Shown here piece by piece: positions 43,601-51,757 of a stretch of DNA of 64,000 nucleotides (position 1 is its first letter; every line of letters starts with the position of its first letter). The notes below the pieces were generated by a model. That model was given only the letters and a program-made list of their open reading frames with translations, searched no databases and had not been told where the DNA came from. The position numbers and the translations under genes are program-made. Source of the DNA: an uncultured delta proteobacterium (GTDB taxonomy: Bacteria; Desulfobacterota; Binatia; UBA9968); the NCBI GenBank assembly GCA_963816145.1, contig CAWFJP010000003.1, positions 576,001 through 640,000 on the forward strand. Direction: 5' to 3'.

Positions 43601-46600
43601 CAACGGCAAGCTCGACCGAAAGGCGCTGCCGGCTCCCGATCACAGTAGGTCGAATTCAGATCAGAGCTATAGCGCACCTCGCACTCCAGTGGAAGAATTG
43701 CTCGCTGGGATCTGGGCCGAGGTCCTCAAACTCGACGAGGTCGGTATCCATGACAACTTCTTCGAGCTAGGTGGACATTCCCTCCTAGCCACTCAGTTCG
43801 TCGCGCGCATAAATACAGCGTTCCAGATCGATTTCCCCTTGCGCAGACTGTTCGAGACACCGACGATTGCCGGCCTCGCCGACTCGGTCCAGGCTAGTAT
43901 GGAAATCGAGAAAGACTCACGCACAGTTCGATCCATCGTGCCGGTTCCGCGCAGCAACCACACCCCGCTCTCTTTCGCTCAAGAGCGTTTATGGTTCTTG
44001 GACCGTCTCGACCCCGATAGCCCAACCTACAACGTCCCGGCGGCTTTCCGCTTGGCCGGTGATCTCAACCTCAACGCACTGGAACAGAGCCTAAATGAGG
44101 TCGTGCGCCGTCATGAAGTTCTGCGCACGCTCTTTGCCACCGTCAATGGCAATCCAGTGCAAAAGATTCTGCCCTCGTTGGCCATTGCGCTTACTCCCAT
44201 CGACATTAGCCAGCAGCCAGAAAACGAACGCCAACCGGCTCTACAATCCCTGCTCAAAGAAGAAGCCGAGCGGCCCTTCGATCTTAGCCGTGGACCGCTG
44301 ATACGGGCTCGGCTCCTGCGACTCTCCCCCTTGGACCACGTGCTCGCCTTGAACCTGCACCATAGCGTCTCCGACGGTTGGTCCATGGGCGTGCTCTTCC
44401 GCGAACTCTCGGCACTCTATCAAGCATACGGCTCGGGAGAACCTAGTCCCTTGCCCGAGCTACCGGTCCAGTATGCCGATTATGCGATATGGCAGCGTGA
44501 TTGGTTACAAGGTGAGAACCTCGACGTTCAACTTTCCTACTGGAGAAAACAACTCGACGGTCTATCGACGCTCCAGCTCCCCACTGATCATCTCCGCCCG
44601 CCGGTGCAAACTTACCGCGGAGCTAGCCAGTCCCTAGAACTTTCGGCGCAACTTTCTCAGGCGATCAAGGGTCTAGGCCGGCGTGAGGGCGTTACCCTGT
44701 TCATGACCCTGCTGGCGGCCTTCCAGACCCTGCTCTGCCGCTACTGCGGCCAGCAAGATATTGCCGTTGGCACTCCCATCGCCGGCCGTGTCCGTCAGGA
44801 GATCGAGGGACTGATCGGCTTTTTCGTCAACACCCTGGTCCTGCGCGCCGATCTTTCCAATAACCCGACCTTCAAGGAACTACTGCGACAAGTCCGTGAA
44901 ACTACTCTGGAAGCCTATACTCACCAAGACCTGCCGTTTGAAAAACTCGTCGAGGAACTCCATCCCGAGCGCAATCCCAGCATCTCGCCGTTGTTCCAGG
45001 TCATGTTCATACTTCAGAACAACACTGAACAGCCTTTGGAATTCAAACATCTGACCGTCAACCCTATTCGTAGGGGTAGTCAAGTCGCTAAATTCGACCT
45101 GTCGCTGACAATGTCCGAGAGAGACGGCACACTCCGCGCCGTGCTCAACTACAACACCGATCTGTTCGACTCGTCGACCATCGAGCGCATGCTGGGGCAT
45201 TTTCAGATTCTACTCGAAGGCATTGTCGCCAACCCGGAACAACCCATCAGTGGACTGCCATTGCTGACCGACCCCGAGAAACACCAACTCTTAGTCGAAT
45301 GGAACGACACCAAGACCGACTATCCCAAAGACAAATGCATCCATCAGCTCTTCGAAGAACAGGTAGAGAAAACTCCTAATGCCATCGCCCTGGTTTTCGA
45401 GGATCAACAGCTCACTTACTGTGAACTCAATGCCAGAGCCAACCAACTGGCGCATCACTTACAAAAGCTCGGTGTCGGCCCCAACGTGCTCGTCGCCGTC
45501 TACCTGGATCGCTCGATAGAAATGATCATAGGACTGTTGGGAATTCTCAAAGCCGGTGGGGCCTACGTCCCGTTGGATCCAAGCTATCCCAAAGAGAGAC
45601 TGAGCTTCATGCTGGAAGATGCTCAGGTTCGAGTCCTGTTAAGTCAACGGACTTTCTTATCAAACCTCGACCATCGAAGCGTCGTGTGTCTAGACAGCGA
45701 CTGGCACAAGATCGCCACCCAGAGCACCAACAACCCTCAAAGCAATTTCACTGCCGATAACCTCGCCTATATCATCTACACCTCAGGCTCCACAGGTGCT
45801 CCTAAAGGAACAGAGGTATTTCATCGCGGCGTCTTACGTCTGCTGTTTGGCATTGATTACGCCCGACTCGATAGATCCCAGATGATTCTTCAGCTAGCGC
45901 CGATCTCTTTCGATGCCGCAACCTTTGAAATCTGGGGGGCACTGCTGCACGGCGGTAAGTGCATCTTGTTTCCCGGTAAACCGTCCGACCCTCGCGAGCT
46001 TGGAGCCGTACTAAAAAAGCACCAGATCAACACACTATGGCTCACGGCGGCTTTGTTTAACACGGTGATCGACCAAGAGCCACAGGCCTTAGCAGAAGTA
46101 AAACAGCTACTGATCGGCGGCGAAGCGCTGTCCGTACCCCATGTTAAAACAGGACTCGCGCTGTTACCGCACACCCAGATCATCAACGGTTACGGTCCGA
46201 CTGAAAGCACGACGTTTACTTGCTGCCATAAAATCCCGCGCGCGCTCGATGACAGATTATCTTCTATTCCGATTGGCCGACCGATCGCCAACACGCAAGT
46301 TTATATTCTTGATCCACACCTCAACATCGTGCCAATTGGAGTTGTTGGTGAGATCTATATCGGCGGCGATGGTCTAGCCCGCGGCTATCTCAATCGTCCA
46401 GAACTGACAGCAGAAAAGTTCATCGCCAATCCCTTCATTAGCGATCCCGGAGCGAGGCTTTACGAGACCGGCGATCTAGCCCGCTACTTGGCCGACGGCA
46501 ATATCGAGTTCCTCGGCCGCATAGATAATCAGGTCAAGATCCGAGGATTCCGTATCGAACTGGGTGAGATTCAGGCGGTGCTGGGTCAACACCCCGCTAT

Positions 46601-47192
46601 CCAACAGGCGGTTGTACTCGCAAGAGAAGACACTCCCGGAGATCATCGGCTGGCGGCCTACGCCGTGGCTACTGATGCCTCTACCACTTCGGCGTACGAC
46701 CTGCGTAGCTATCTGCAACACAAGCTCCCGGACTACATGGTGCCGTCGGCATTCGTGTTCCTGGAGTCCTTGCCTGTCACTCCCAACGGCAAGCTCGACC
46801 GAAAAGCCCTGCCCGTTCCCGACCACAGCAGACCCGAGCTAGACGATGCCTTTGCTGCCCCAAGAACTCCTAGCGAGGAGATGCTCGCTAGCATCTGGTG
46901 CACTGTCCTCAAACTCGACAACGTCGGTATCCATGACAACTTCTTCGACCTGGGTGGCCATTCACTGCTCGCTACGCAAATTGTATCGCGGATACACAGC
47001 GCTTTTTCCATCGAACTACCACTACGTCGGCTGTTTGAGTCTCCAACGGTCGCCGAAATGGCGATCATTATCACGCAAACCCAATCGAAACCGGCGCCCG
47101 CGGCAGCGTTAGCGCAAATGCTCCGCGAGGTGGAGGCGATGACGGACGAAGAAGCTGAGAAACAGATTACCAAATCGAGCATGGAAAACTGA
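40683..47192 (+). CDS. NRPS I: C-A(Thr)-T-C-A(Val)-T + acidic tail
   Basis: FPLSFAQQRLW, C motifs HHIVSDG and HHSVSDG, codes DFWNIGMVHK (Thr) and DAFWLGGTFK (Val), tail MLREVEAMTDEEAEKQI. No TE. Confidence 0.93.
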   Translation: MTNRLEAESSANVHRDTYAFPLSFAQQRLWFLQRLDPDSSTYNIPTALRLRGELNIKALQQSIDHLIERHEVLRTTFAIREGEAVQIVHPTLPVSISKTDLRDIGASRREETLRGLVRFDARQPFDLDRGPLLRVKLIQIADNEHVLVLNLHHIVSDGWSMDVMFRELSVLYQGYCGEKPISLPDLPIQYADYSVWQRNWLQGTNLDQQLSYWRKQLDGLSTLQLPIDHPRPAVQTYRAANQSLELPPHLYEAIRNLSQREGVTLFMTLLAAFQTLLYRYCGQKDIVVGSPIAGRTRQETEGLIGFFVNTLVLRTDLSKNPPFRKLLTRVRQVALDAYDHQDIPFEKLVEELHPERNPSISPLFQVMFVFQNNADRPLEFKDLTVVPMRTDSQVAKFDLSLTIADREGTLRASLNYNTELFDASTIERMVSHFQTLLEGIVANPDQPVGELPLLTAAEKHQLLVEWIDTKTDYPKDKCIHELFEAQVEKSPDAIAVVFEDQQVTYLELNSRANQLAHYLQKLGVGPEMLVGLCLERSIDMIVALLAILKAGGAYVPLDPSYPKDRLDFMLQDSNTSVILTHKPLASMLPAANARIIFLDEEDWRAMTPGLADRANLTAQISPNQATYVIYTSGSTGTPKGTLVTHYNVVRLFQATEAWFGFNSNDSWTLFHSYAFDFSVWEIWGALLHGGKLVIVPQETTRSPQEFAALLLRHQVTVLNQTPSAFRQLIPVLIGDNGHDPLSLRYVIFGGEALDPQSLNPWFDRFGEDPPKLINMYGITETTVHVTYRPITRADAASGAGNVIGKPIPDLRVYLLDRHHSLVPIGVAGEICVGGAGVAKGYLGRKALTAERFVTDPFSEDLQAKLYRSGDLARWLPNGELEYLGRIDNQVKIRGFRIELGEIEAVLAQHPSIQQAVVLAREDSPGDKRLIAYVVTADGSAISVHDLRSYLRLKLPDYMVPSAFVFLDSLPLTPNGKLDRKALPAPDHSRSNSDQSYSAPRTPVEELLAGIWAEVLKLDEVGIHDNFFELGGHSLLATQFVARINTAFQIDFPLRRLFETPTIAGLADSVQASMEIEKDSRTVRSIVPVPRSNHTPLSFAQERLWFLDRLDPDSPTYNVPAAFRLAGDLNLNALEQSLNEVVRRHEVLRTLFATVNGNPVQKILPSLAIALTPIDISQQPENERQPALQSLLKEEAERPFDLSRGPLIRARLLRLSPLDHVLALNLHHSVSDGWSMGVLFRELSALYQAYGSGEPSPLPELPVQYADYAIWQRDWLQGENLDVQLSYWRKQLDGLSTLQLPTDHLRPPVQTYRGASQSLELSAQLSQAIKGLGRREGVTLFMTLLAAFQTLLCRYCGQQDIAVGTPIAGRVRQEIEGLIGFFVNTLVLRADLSNNPTFKELLRQVRETTLEAYTHQDLPFEKLVEELHPERNPSISPLFQVMFILQNNTEQPLEFKHLTVNPIRRGSQVAKFDLSLTMSERDGTLRAVLNYNTDLFDSSTIERMLGHFQILLEGIVANPEQPISGLPLLTDPEKHQLLVEWNDTKTDYPKDKCIHQLFEEQVEKTPNAIALVFEDQQLTYCELNARANQLAHHLQKLGVGPNVLVAVYLDRSIEMIIGLLGILKAGGAYVPLDPSYPKERLSFMLEDAQVRVLLSQRTFLSNLDHRSVVCLDSDWHKIATQSTNNPQSNFTADNLAYIIYTSGSTGAPKGTEVFHRGVLRLLFGIDYARLDRSQMILQLAPISFDAATFEIWGALLHGGKCILFPGKPSDPRELGAVLKKHQINTLWLTAALFNTVIDQEPQALAEVKQLLIGGEALSVPHVKTGLALLPHTQIINGYGPTESTTFTCCHKIPRALDDRLSSIPIGRPIANTQVYILDPHLNIVPIGVVGEIYIGGDGLARGYLNRPELTAEKFIANPFISDPGARLYETGDLARYLADGNIEFLGRIDNQVKIRGFRIELGEIQAVLGQHPAIQQAVVLAREDTPGDHRLAAYAVATDASTTSAYDLRSYLQHKLPDYMVPSAFVFLESLPVTPNGKLDRKALPVPDHSRPELDDAFAAPRTPSEEMLASIWCTVLKLDNVGIHDNFFDLGGHSLLATQIVSRIHSAFSIELPLRRLFESPTVAEMAIIITQTQSKPAPAAALAQMLREVEAMTDEEAEKQITKSSMEN
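43344..45454 (+). repeat. 2,111-bp direct repeat, copy 2
   Basis: Identical to 26604..28714. The copies diverge at GAC/GAT just before the repeat and after ...AACTGGCGCA. Confidence 0.93.
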
Positions 47193-47225
47193 AGTGAATT
47201 TGGATAAGAGCGATTCGCTCACAGA

Positions 47226-47408
47226 ATGCGCCACACGACGCTGGAGCAGCGGGTAATCCAGGCTCATCTTTCAGGTCATGTTGACCAGTTTCCAGCCGAA
47301 GATATGGAAAAATTGATATGGACGCGATCCGCCGAAATTGTCTACACACAGCCGGACCGGATCGCCATCAAAGTCGGCATTGAGATTAACTATTCTATTT
47401 ATTTGTAG
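47226..47408 (+). pseudogene. Decayed N-terminus of a further A* gene
   Basis: LEQRVIQAHLSGHVDQFPAEDMEKLIWTRSAEIVYTQPDRIAIKVGIEINYS aligns with the gene H start (DQQAIRGKCFHPSGQFDPFPTEDVDKSIQTRFEKIVDRYPDHVAIKAGNEEITYS). It ends at the merR stop. Confidence 0.7.
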
Positions 47409-47411
47409 GTG

Positions 47412-47765
47412 CTACGATATTAACTTACGCAGCGCCTCAAGGTCTTTCTTGACTTTAATCAAGGCGCTTTTGTATTTTTGCTCGGCAAGCGGCAATTTGA
47501 GCTGATCTTTTTCTTCTTTTTTTACTTCTCTTAGCTTTTTGCGTGCGCCCTCGATGGTGAAGCCTTCGGTGTAAAGCAAGCGCTTGATGTCGAGTAAGAG
47601 TTCGACGTCGCGTTTCTTATAAAGGCGATGTTTCGACGGCGCCTTGGACGGTTTGAGCAAATCGAACTCGGTTTCCCAGTAGCGTAACACGTAGGGTTCG
47701 ACGCCGACGATATCACTGACCTCACCGATCTTGAAATAGATCTTCTCCGGCAGTACAGGCGTCAT
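47412..47765 (-). CDS. MerR-family HTH regulator (conserved ihfA-adjacent type)
   Basis: [12 protein letters not shown]...VLRYWETEF...RLYKKRD...[13 protein letters not shown]. Confidence 0.93.
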   Translation of the reverse strand: MTPVLPEKIYFKIGEVSDIVGVEPYVLRYWETEFDLLKPSKAPSKHRLYKKRDVELLLDIKRLLYTEGFTIEGARKKLREVKKEEKDQLKLPLAEQKYKSALIKVKKDLEALRKLIS

Positions 47766-47773
47766 CGCGTGAC

Positions 47774-48097
47774 CTACTCCGACGCGGGCGCGTCAGGCGC
47801 GGAAACCGACGCCGAAGAGCCCATCGTGTTGAGGCTCTTTTTCATGATCTGACTGGCTTTAAAGGTCAAGACTTTGCGACCGTCGATGATGATCTCATCG
47901 CCGGTTTGGGGGTTTCTACCTTTACGCGGGCGTTTTGTGTTGACGACAAAGTTACCGAAGCCGGAGATCTTTACCTTATCGCCCTTCTCCAAACAGCTCT
48001 TGATGATATCGAACGTCGCTTCGACGACATCGGTGGCGTCCTTCTTCGAAAAACCCACCTTTTCATAGATACGCGTGATGATTTCCGCCTTGGTCAT
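47774..48097 (-). CDS. ihfA: Integration host factor subunit alpha
   Basis: MTKAEI...VKISGFGNF...RKGRNPQTG, located after pheT. GGAGG RBS precedes the ATG at 48097. Confidence 0.93.
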   Translation of the reverse strand: MTKAEIITRIYEKVGFSKKDATDVVEATFDIIKSCLEKGDKVKISGFGNFVVNTKRPRKGRNPQTGDEIIIDGRKVLTFKASQIMKKSLNTMGSSASVSAPDAPASE

Positions 48098-48134
48098 GTT
48101 CCACCTCCTCGCTGTACCGGCCGGTTCCGTACCA

Positions 48135-50213
48135 TTAGCTGCGCCGTTCGGCACCGAATTCCTTGCCGATCCGGTCGATGACTCTCTGATGTAACGGATT
48201 GACCTCACTATCCGTGAGTGTTCGGCCCTCGGCCCTGTAACATATGTTGTATGCTAAGCTCTTCTTTCCGTCTGGAACCGGTGCACCAATGTATTGATCG
48301 AATACTTGGACGTACGCAATTAAGGACTCGTTAAGGTTCTCGATCCAATCGATAATTCGCTGTGACGCGAAATCGCGATCCACGACGATTGCAAAGTCCC
48401 TCTCTATGGCTGGAAACTTGGGCAGTGCACGCACTGCCATTCGCCGCGGAGCATACTCAAGCAGTTTCTCGAAGTCAAGTTCAAATACATAAACTTGCGG
48501 CACTTCTAGCTGCTCAGAGATATCGGGATGAAGCTCGCCGAGAACCCCGATGCGACAATCGTGGTGGGCGAATTGCGCCGCCCGTCCCGGATGCAAGATT
48601 TCCAGTGCCAGGGTAGTCCAAGATATCGAATCGCGCAGTCCGAACAGATCGAGCACGCCTTCAACGGCGCCTTTGCATTCGAGGAAACCCACTGCGGGCC
48701 CGTTCTTTCGGCGCAGACCGCGAACAGCCCGCGTGCCATGCATGAGCCCGCCAACGCACAAACGTTCTTCGTAGCCGCCGGCTGGACTGTAACGGAAAAC
48801 TTTTCCCAGATGGTAGGCATAAAAGCTTGCCGTCTTGTGCGCCCAATTGAGCCGCAAATTATCGAGCAGCCCCGGCACCAGGCTCTGGCGCATGGCGCTA
48901 TTTTCCTTGGCTAGCGGATTGATCAACGGCACCGCGGTACGCGGTCCTTCCCACAGCCCAAAATACAAATCGTTGAGAGCGTCCGACGTGAATGGCAAAT
49001 TAACCGTCTCGACAAAGCCTTCGCCGGCAAAGAAATGGCGCAGCTTGCGCTCGGCGGTGAGCTTGAAATCCATCCTACTACCGGTGGGTCGGAGCGATGG
49101 CAGAGTCGTGGGAATATTGTCATAACCATGCAAACGCGCCAGCTCTTCGATCAGGTCGACTTCTCGAGTGAGGTCGGGCCGGCTGGTCGGGACAACCACG
49201 TTTAAGTATTTGGCTTGCCGGATCGTCTTCAAACCCAACGACCGTAACAGAGTTTCGGCTCGTTTGAGTTCGATACCGATGCCTAAGAGTTTTTCGATGC
49301 GCTGTTCGCGCACGCGAATCTTCAGCGGCGCGATTTTTTTCGGGTAACGATCCACCACCCCAACCGAAGGACTGCCGCCGCCGCTTTCGAGTATAAGTTG
49401 CACTGCCCGATCGAGCGCGCGAATGGTTCCTTCGGGGTCGACACTGCGCTCGAAACGATGCGAGGCTTCGCTATGCAAAGCCAAACGCTTGGCCGTGCGC
49501 CGAATCGCGGCGGGTGCAAAATTGGCGCTCTCAAGGAGTATCGCCTGAGTCGCCGCGCTCACTTCGGAGTTCATGCCGCCCATCAGACCGGCGAGCGCCA
49601 CCGGAGAGTCACCGTCACAAATCACCAAATCCTCGTGCGCCAACTCACGCTCGACACCGTCCAGAGTCACAAACTTGCGGTTTTCACGGGCCTTGCGCAC
49701 GACGATTTGCTTGGCAGAGAGCAGCGCCAAATCGAAGGCGTGCAGCGGCTGTCCGGTTTCAAGCATCACGTAATTGGTCACGTCAACGATATTGTTGATA
49801 GGGCGAATACCGCAGGCCTCTAAACGGAAGCGCAGCCAAGCGGGAGCCGGAGCAATTCTGATATTGTCGACAATGCGCGCCGAGTAACGGGCGCACTGTG
49901 CGGCATCTTCGATTTTGACCGCAACGCGCTGGTGAATGCTAGAAACTTTCTTGCTGGCATGGACGGGCGGGATGCGCACCTTGGCACCGGTCAGCGCGCA
50001 AACTTCCCTCGCGATCCCGAGCAGCCCGAGACAATCACCGCGATTGGGCGTCACACCGATCTCAAACAGCCAATCTTCCCGTTGGCTATGGGGCTCGCGC
50101 AGCGACGTTAGCGATTCGACTTCCAATCCCGCCATGGTGAGCAATTTGGAAAGTTCGTCGCTGCTGCCGTCAAAGTCGACGAATTCTTTAAGCCAATTGA
50201 GTGTAAACTTCAT
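48135..50213 (-). CDS. pheT: Phenylalanine--tRNA ligase beta subunit (short form)
   Basis: TPNRGDCL, INNIVDVTNYV, GQPLHAFD, RPDLTREVDLIEE, ferredoxin-fold C-terminus. Confidence 0.96.
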   Translation of the reverse strand: MKFTLNWLKEFVDFDGSSDELSKLLTMAGLEVESLTSLREPHSQREDWLFEIGVTPNRGDCLGLLGIAREVCALTGAKVRIPPVHASKKVSSIHQRVAVKIEDAAQCARYSARIVDNIRIAPAPAWLRFRLEACGIRPINNIVDVTNYVMLETGQPLHAFDLALLSAKQIVVRKARENRKFVTLDGVERELAHEDLVICDGDSPVALAGLMGGMNSEVSAATQAILLESANFAPAAIRRTAKRLALHSEASHRFERSVDPEGTIRALDRAVQLILESGGGSPSVGVVDRYPKKIAPLKIRVREQRIEKLLGIGIELKRAETLLRSLGLKTIRQAKYLNVVVPTSRPDLTREVDLIEELARLHGYDNIPTTLPSLRPTGSRMDFKLTAERKLRHFFAGEGFVETVNLPFTSDALNDLYFGLWEGPRTAVPLINPLAKENSAMRQSLVPGLLDNLRLNWAHKTASFYAYHLGKVFRYSPAGGYEERLCVGGLMHGTRAVRGLRRKNGPAVGFLECKGAVEGVLDLFGLRDSISWTTLALEILHPGRAAQFAHHDCRIGVLGELHPDISEQLEVPQVYVFELDFEKLLEYAPRRMAVRALPKFPAIERDFAIVVDRDFASQRIIDWIENLNESLIAYVQVFDQYIGAPVPDGKKSLAYNICYRAEGRTLTDSEVNPLHQRVIDRIGKEFGAERRS

Positions 50214-50240
50214 AAGATTGGAGTTATGAAGTGGTGGAAA

Positions 50241-50283
50241 ATTGGAGTGATGGGTTTCGGAAGCAACACTCCATCACTCCAAT
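50241..50283. repeat. Intergenic inverted repeat between pheS and pheT
   Basis: ATTGGAGTGATGG-17 nt-CCATCACTCCAAT, flanked by degenerate GGAGT/ACTCC 8-mer units. Confidence 0.7.
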
Positions 50284-50303
50284 ACTCCCTCATTCCATTC
50301 TAT

Positions 50304-51344
50304 TTAACTGAACTGCCGCAAAAACCTGAGATCATTCTGAAAAAACAACCGGATGTCGTCGATACCGTATTTCAGCATGGCGATGCGTTCGACGCCCATG
50401 CCGAAGGCAAACCCGGTAAACTCTTCAGGGTCGTAACCGACAAATTTGAATACCGCAGGGTCGATCATGCCGGCGCCAAGAATCTCCAACCAACCGCTCG
50501 CCTTACACACGCGGCAGGCTTGGCCATTGCGCAAAGTGCCGCCGCCACCGCAAATGACACATTGAATATCGATCTCGGCGCTGGGCTCGGTGAACGGAAA
50601 AAAACTCGGCCGGAAACGCACACCGGCATCGCGATTGAAAATCTCCCGCAACACATGAGTCAATACGCCCTTCAGATCGGAAAAGGCGATGTTCTGATCG
50701 ACCATGAAGCCTTCGACCTGATGAAACATCGGCGAATGGGTTGCATCGTCGTCGTGGCGATAGACCGCGCCGGGAACAACAATCTGCAACGGTGGCTTTC
50801 GGGTCTCCATGGTGCGAATCTGTACCGGCGAAGTATGGGTTCGCAGTAAATTGCCGCCGGCGACAAAAAATGTATCCTGCATGTCGCGCGCCGGATGGTC
50901 TTTGGGAATATTGAGCGCTTCGAAGTTATGATAATCGTCTTCGATATCGGGGCCGCGGGCGATCTCGAAGCCCATGCCGGAAAAGATATCGACGATTTCA
51001 TCGATCACCAGCGTCACGGGATGGATATGGCCAGGCTCGAAGCGCGTCCCAGGCAAGGTAATATCAATTTTTTCTTCGGCGAGCGTCTTTGATTTGGCTT
51101 GCCGATCGACGGTTTCCAAGCGCGCATCAAGCTCTTGCTCCAGAGCGCGGCGCAGCTGGTTGAGCCGTTCGCCCATGCGCGGCCGTTCCTCCGCCGGCAG
51201 GTCTTTTAACCCGCGCAGGAGCAAAGTAATCGAACCGCTGCGGCCGAACGCTTCGATGCGCAGCTGTTCAAGCTCCTTGACGGAGTTGGCTTGCTGGATG
51301 CGCTCCAGAACCTCTCCGCGGAGAGCTTCCAGGGAATCGGTCAT
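50304..51344 (-). CDS. pheS: Phenylalanine--tRNA ligase alpha subunit
   Basis: HPARDMQDTF, LRTHTS, THSPMFHQVEG, FPFTEPS, GFAFGMGVER. Confidence 0.98.
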   Translation of the reverse strand: MTDSLEALRGEVLERIQQANSVKELEQLRIEAFGRSGSITLLLRGLKDLPAEERPRMGERLNQLRRALEQELDARLETVDRQAKSKTLAEEKIDITLPGTRFEPGHIHPVTLVIDEIVDIFSGMGFEIARGPDIEDDYHNFEALNIPKDHPARDMQDTFFVAGGNLLRTHTSPVQIRTMETRKPPLQIVVPGAVYRHDDDATHSPMFHQVEGFMVDQNIAFSDLKGVLTHVLREIFNRDAGVRFRPSFFPFTEPSAEIDIQCVICGGGGTLRNGQACRVCKASGWLEILGAGMIDPAVFKFVGYDPEEFTGFAFGMGVERIAMLKYGIDDIRLFFQNDLRFLRQFS

Positions 51345-51365
51345 GGCACTGAATCGAAAGAGCGG

Positions 51366-51725
51366 CTATTGGCTCAGGTGGGCTTTGGCGGTTTCCGCCA
51401 ATCGGCCGAATCCCGGCATGTCGGCAACCGCAATCTCCGCAAGAATCTTGCGATCGATCTCGACATTGGCTTTTTTGAGTCCACTAATCACTTGGTTATA
51501 GGACATGCCATTTAGCTTCGCCGCGGCACCTATGCGGATAATCCACAGCCCGCGAAAGGTGCGTTTTTTGACACGCCGATCGCGATAGGCGAACACGAGA
51601 CCCCGTTCGACCGTCTCTCTTGCCGAGCGGTACAGACGGCCACGGCCGCCGACGTACCCCTTGGCAAGTTTCATGATCTTCTTATGTCGCTGTCGCGACT
51701 TACTTCCACCCTTAGCTCTAGGCAC
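51366..51725 (-). CDS. rplT: 50S ribosomal protein L20
   Basis: MPRAKGG...AYRDRR..KRTFRGLWIIRI...IDRKILA. GTG start. Confidence 0.97.
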   Translation of the reverse strand: MPRAKGGSKSRQRHKKIMKLAKGYVGGRGRLYRSARETVERGLVFAYRDRRVKKRTFRGLWIIRIGAAAKLNGMSYNQVISGLKKANVEIDRKILAEIAVADMPGFGRLAETAKAHLSQ

Positions 51726-51757
51726 TTTAGAAACTCCTCTCCAATCCAGATTTTAAC

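Larger units (their letters stand above)
5560..47408 (+). other. NRPS-only gene array / genomic island between tRNA-Pro and merR
   Basis: Contiguous plus-strand NRPS genes and remnants interrupt a minus-strand housekeeping run. No non-NRPS gene was found inside. Confidence 0.9.

Noticed and set aside
5560-47192. Numerous 60-190 aa antisense and alternative-frame ORFs inside NRPS and housekeeping genes
   Set aside because: These are shadow ORFs expected in GC-rich coding DNA. Identical ones recur only because of the 2.1-kb repeat.
5560-47192. Classical catechol or salicylate siderophore cluster
   Set aside because: No Ent/Dhb/Pch precursor genes, Cy domains, TonB receptor or clear Fur box, and A* lacks DhbE-type motifs.
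4674-47413. 8-bp inverted match AGCACCTA (4674-4681) / TAGGTGCT (47406-47413) as terminal inverted repeats of the island
   Set aside because: Only 8 bp and not extendable. The left copy lies between the tRNA and its own promoter, and the right copy overlaps the merR stop. Chance is a sufficient explanation.
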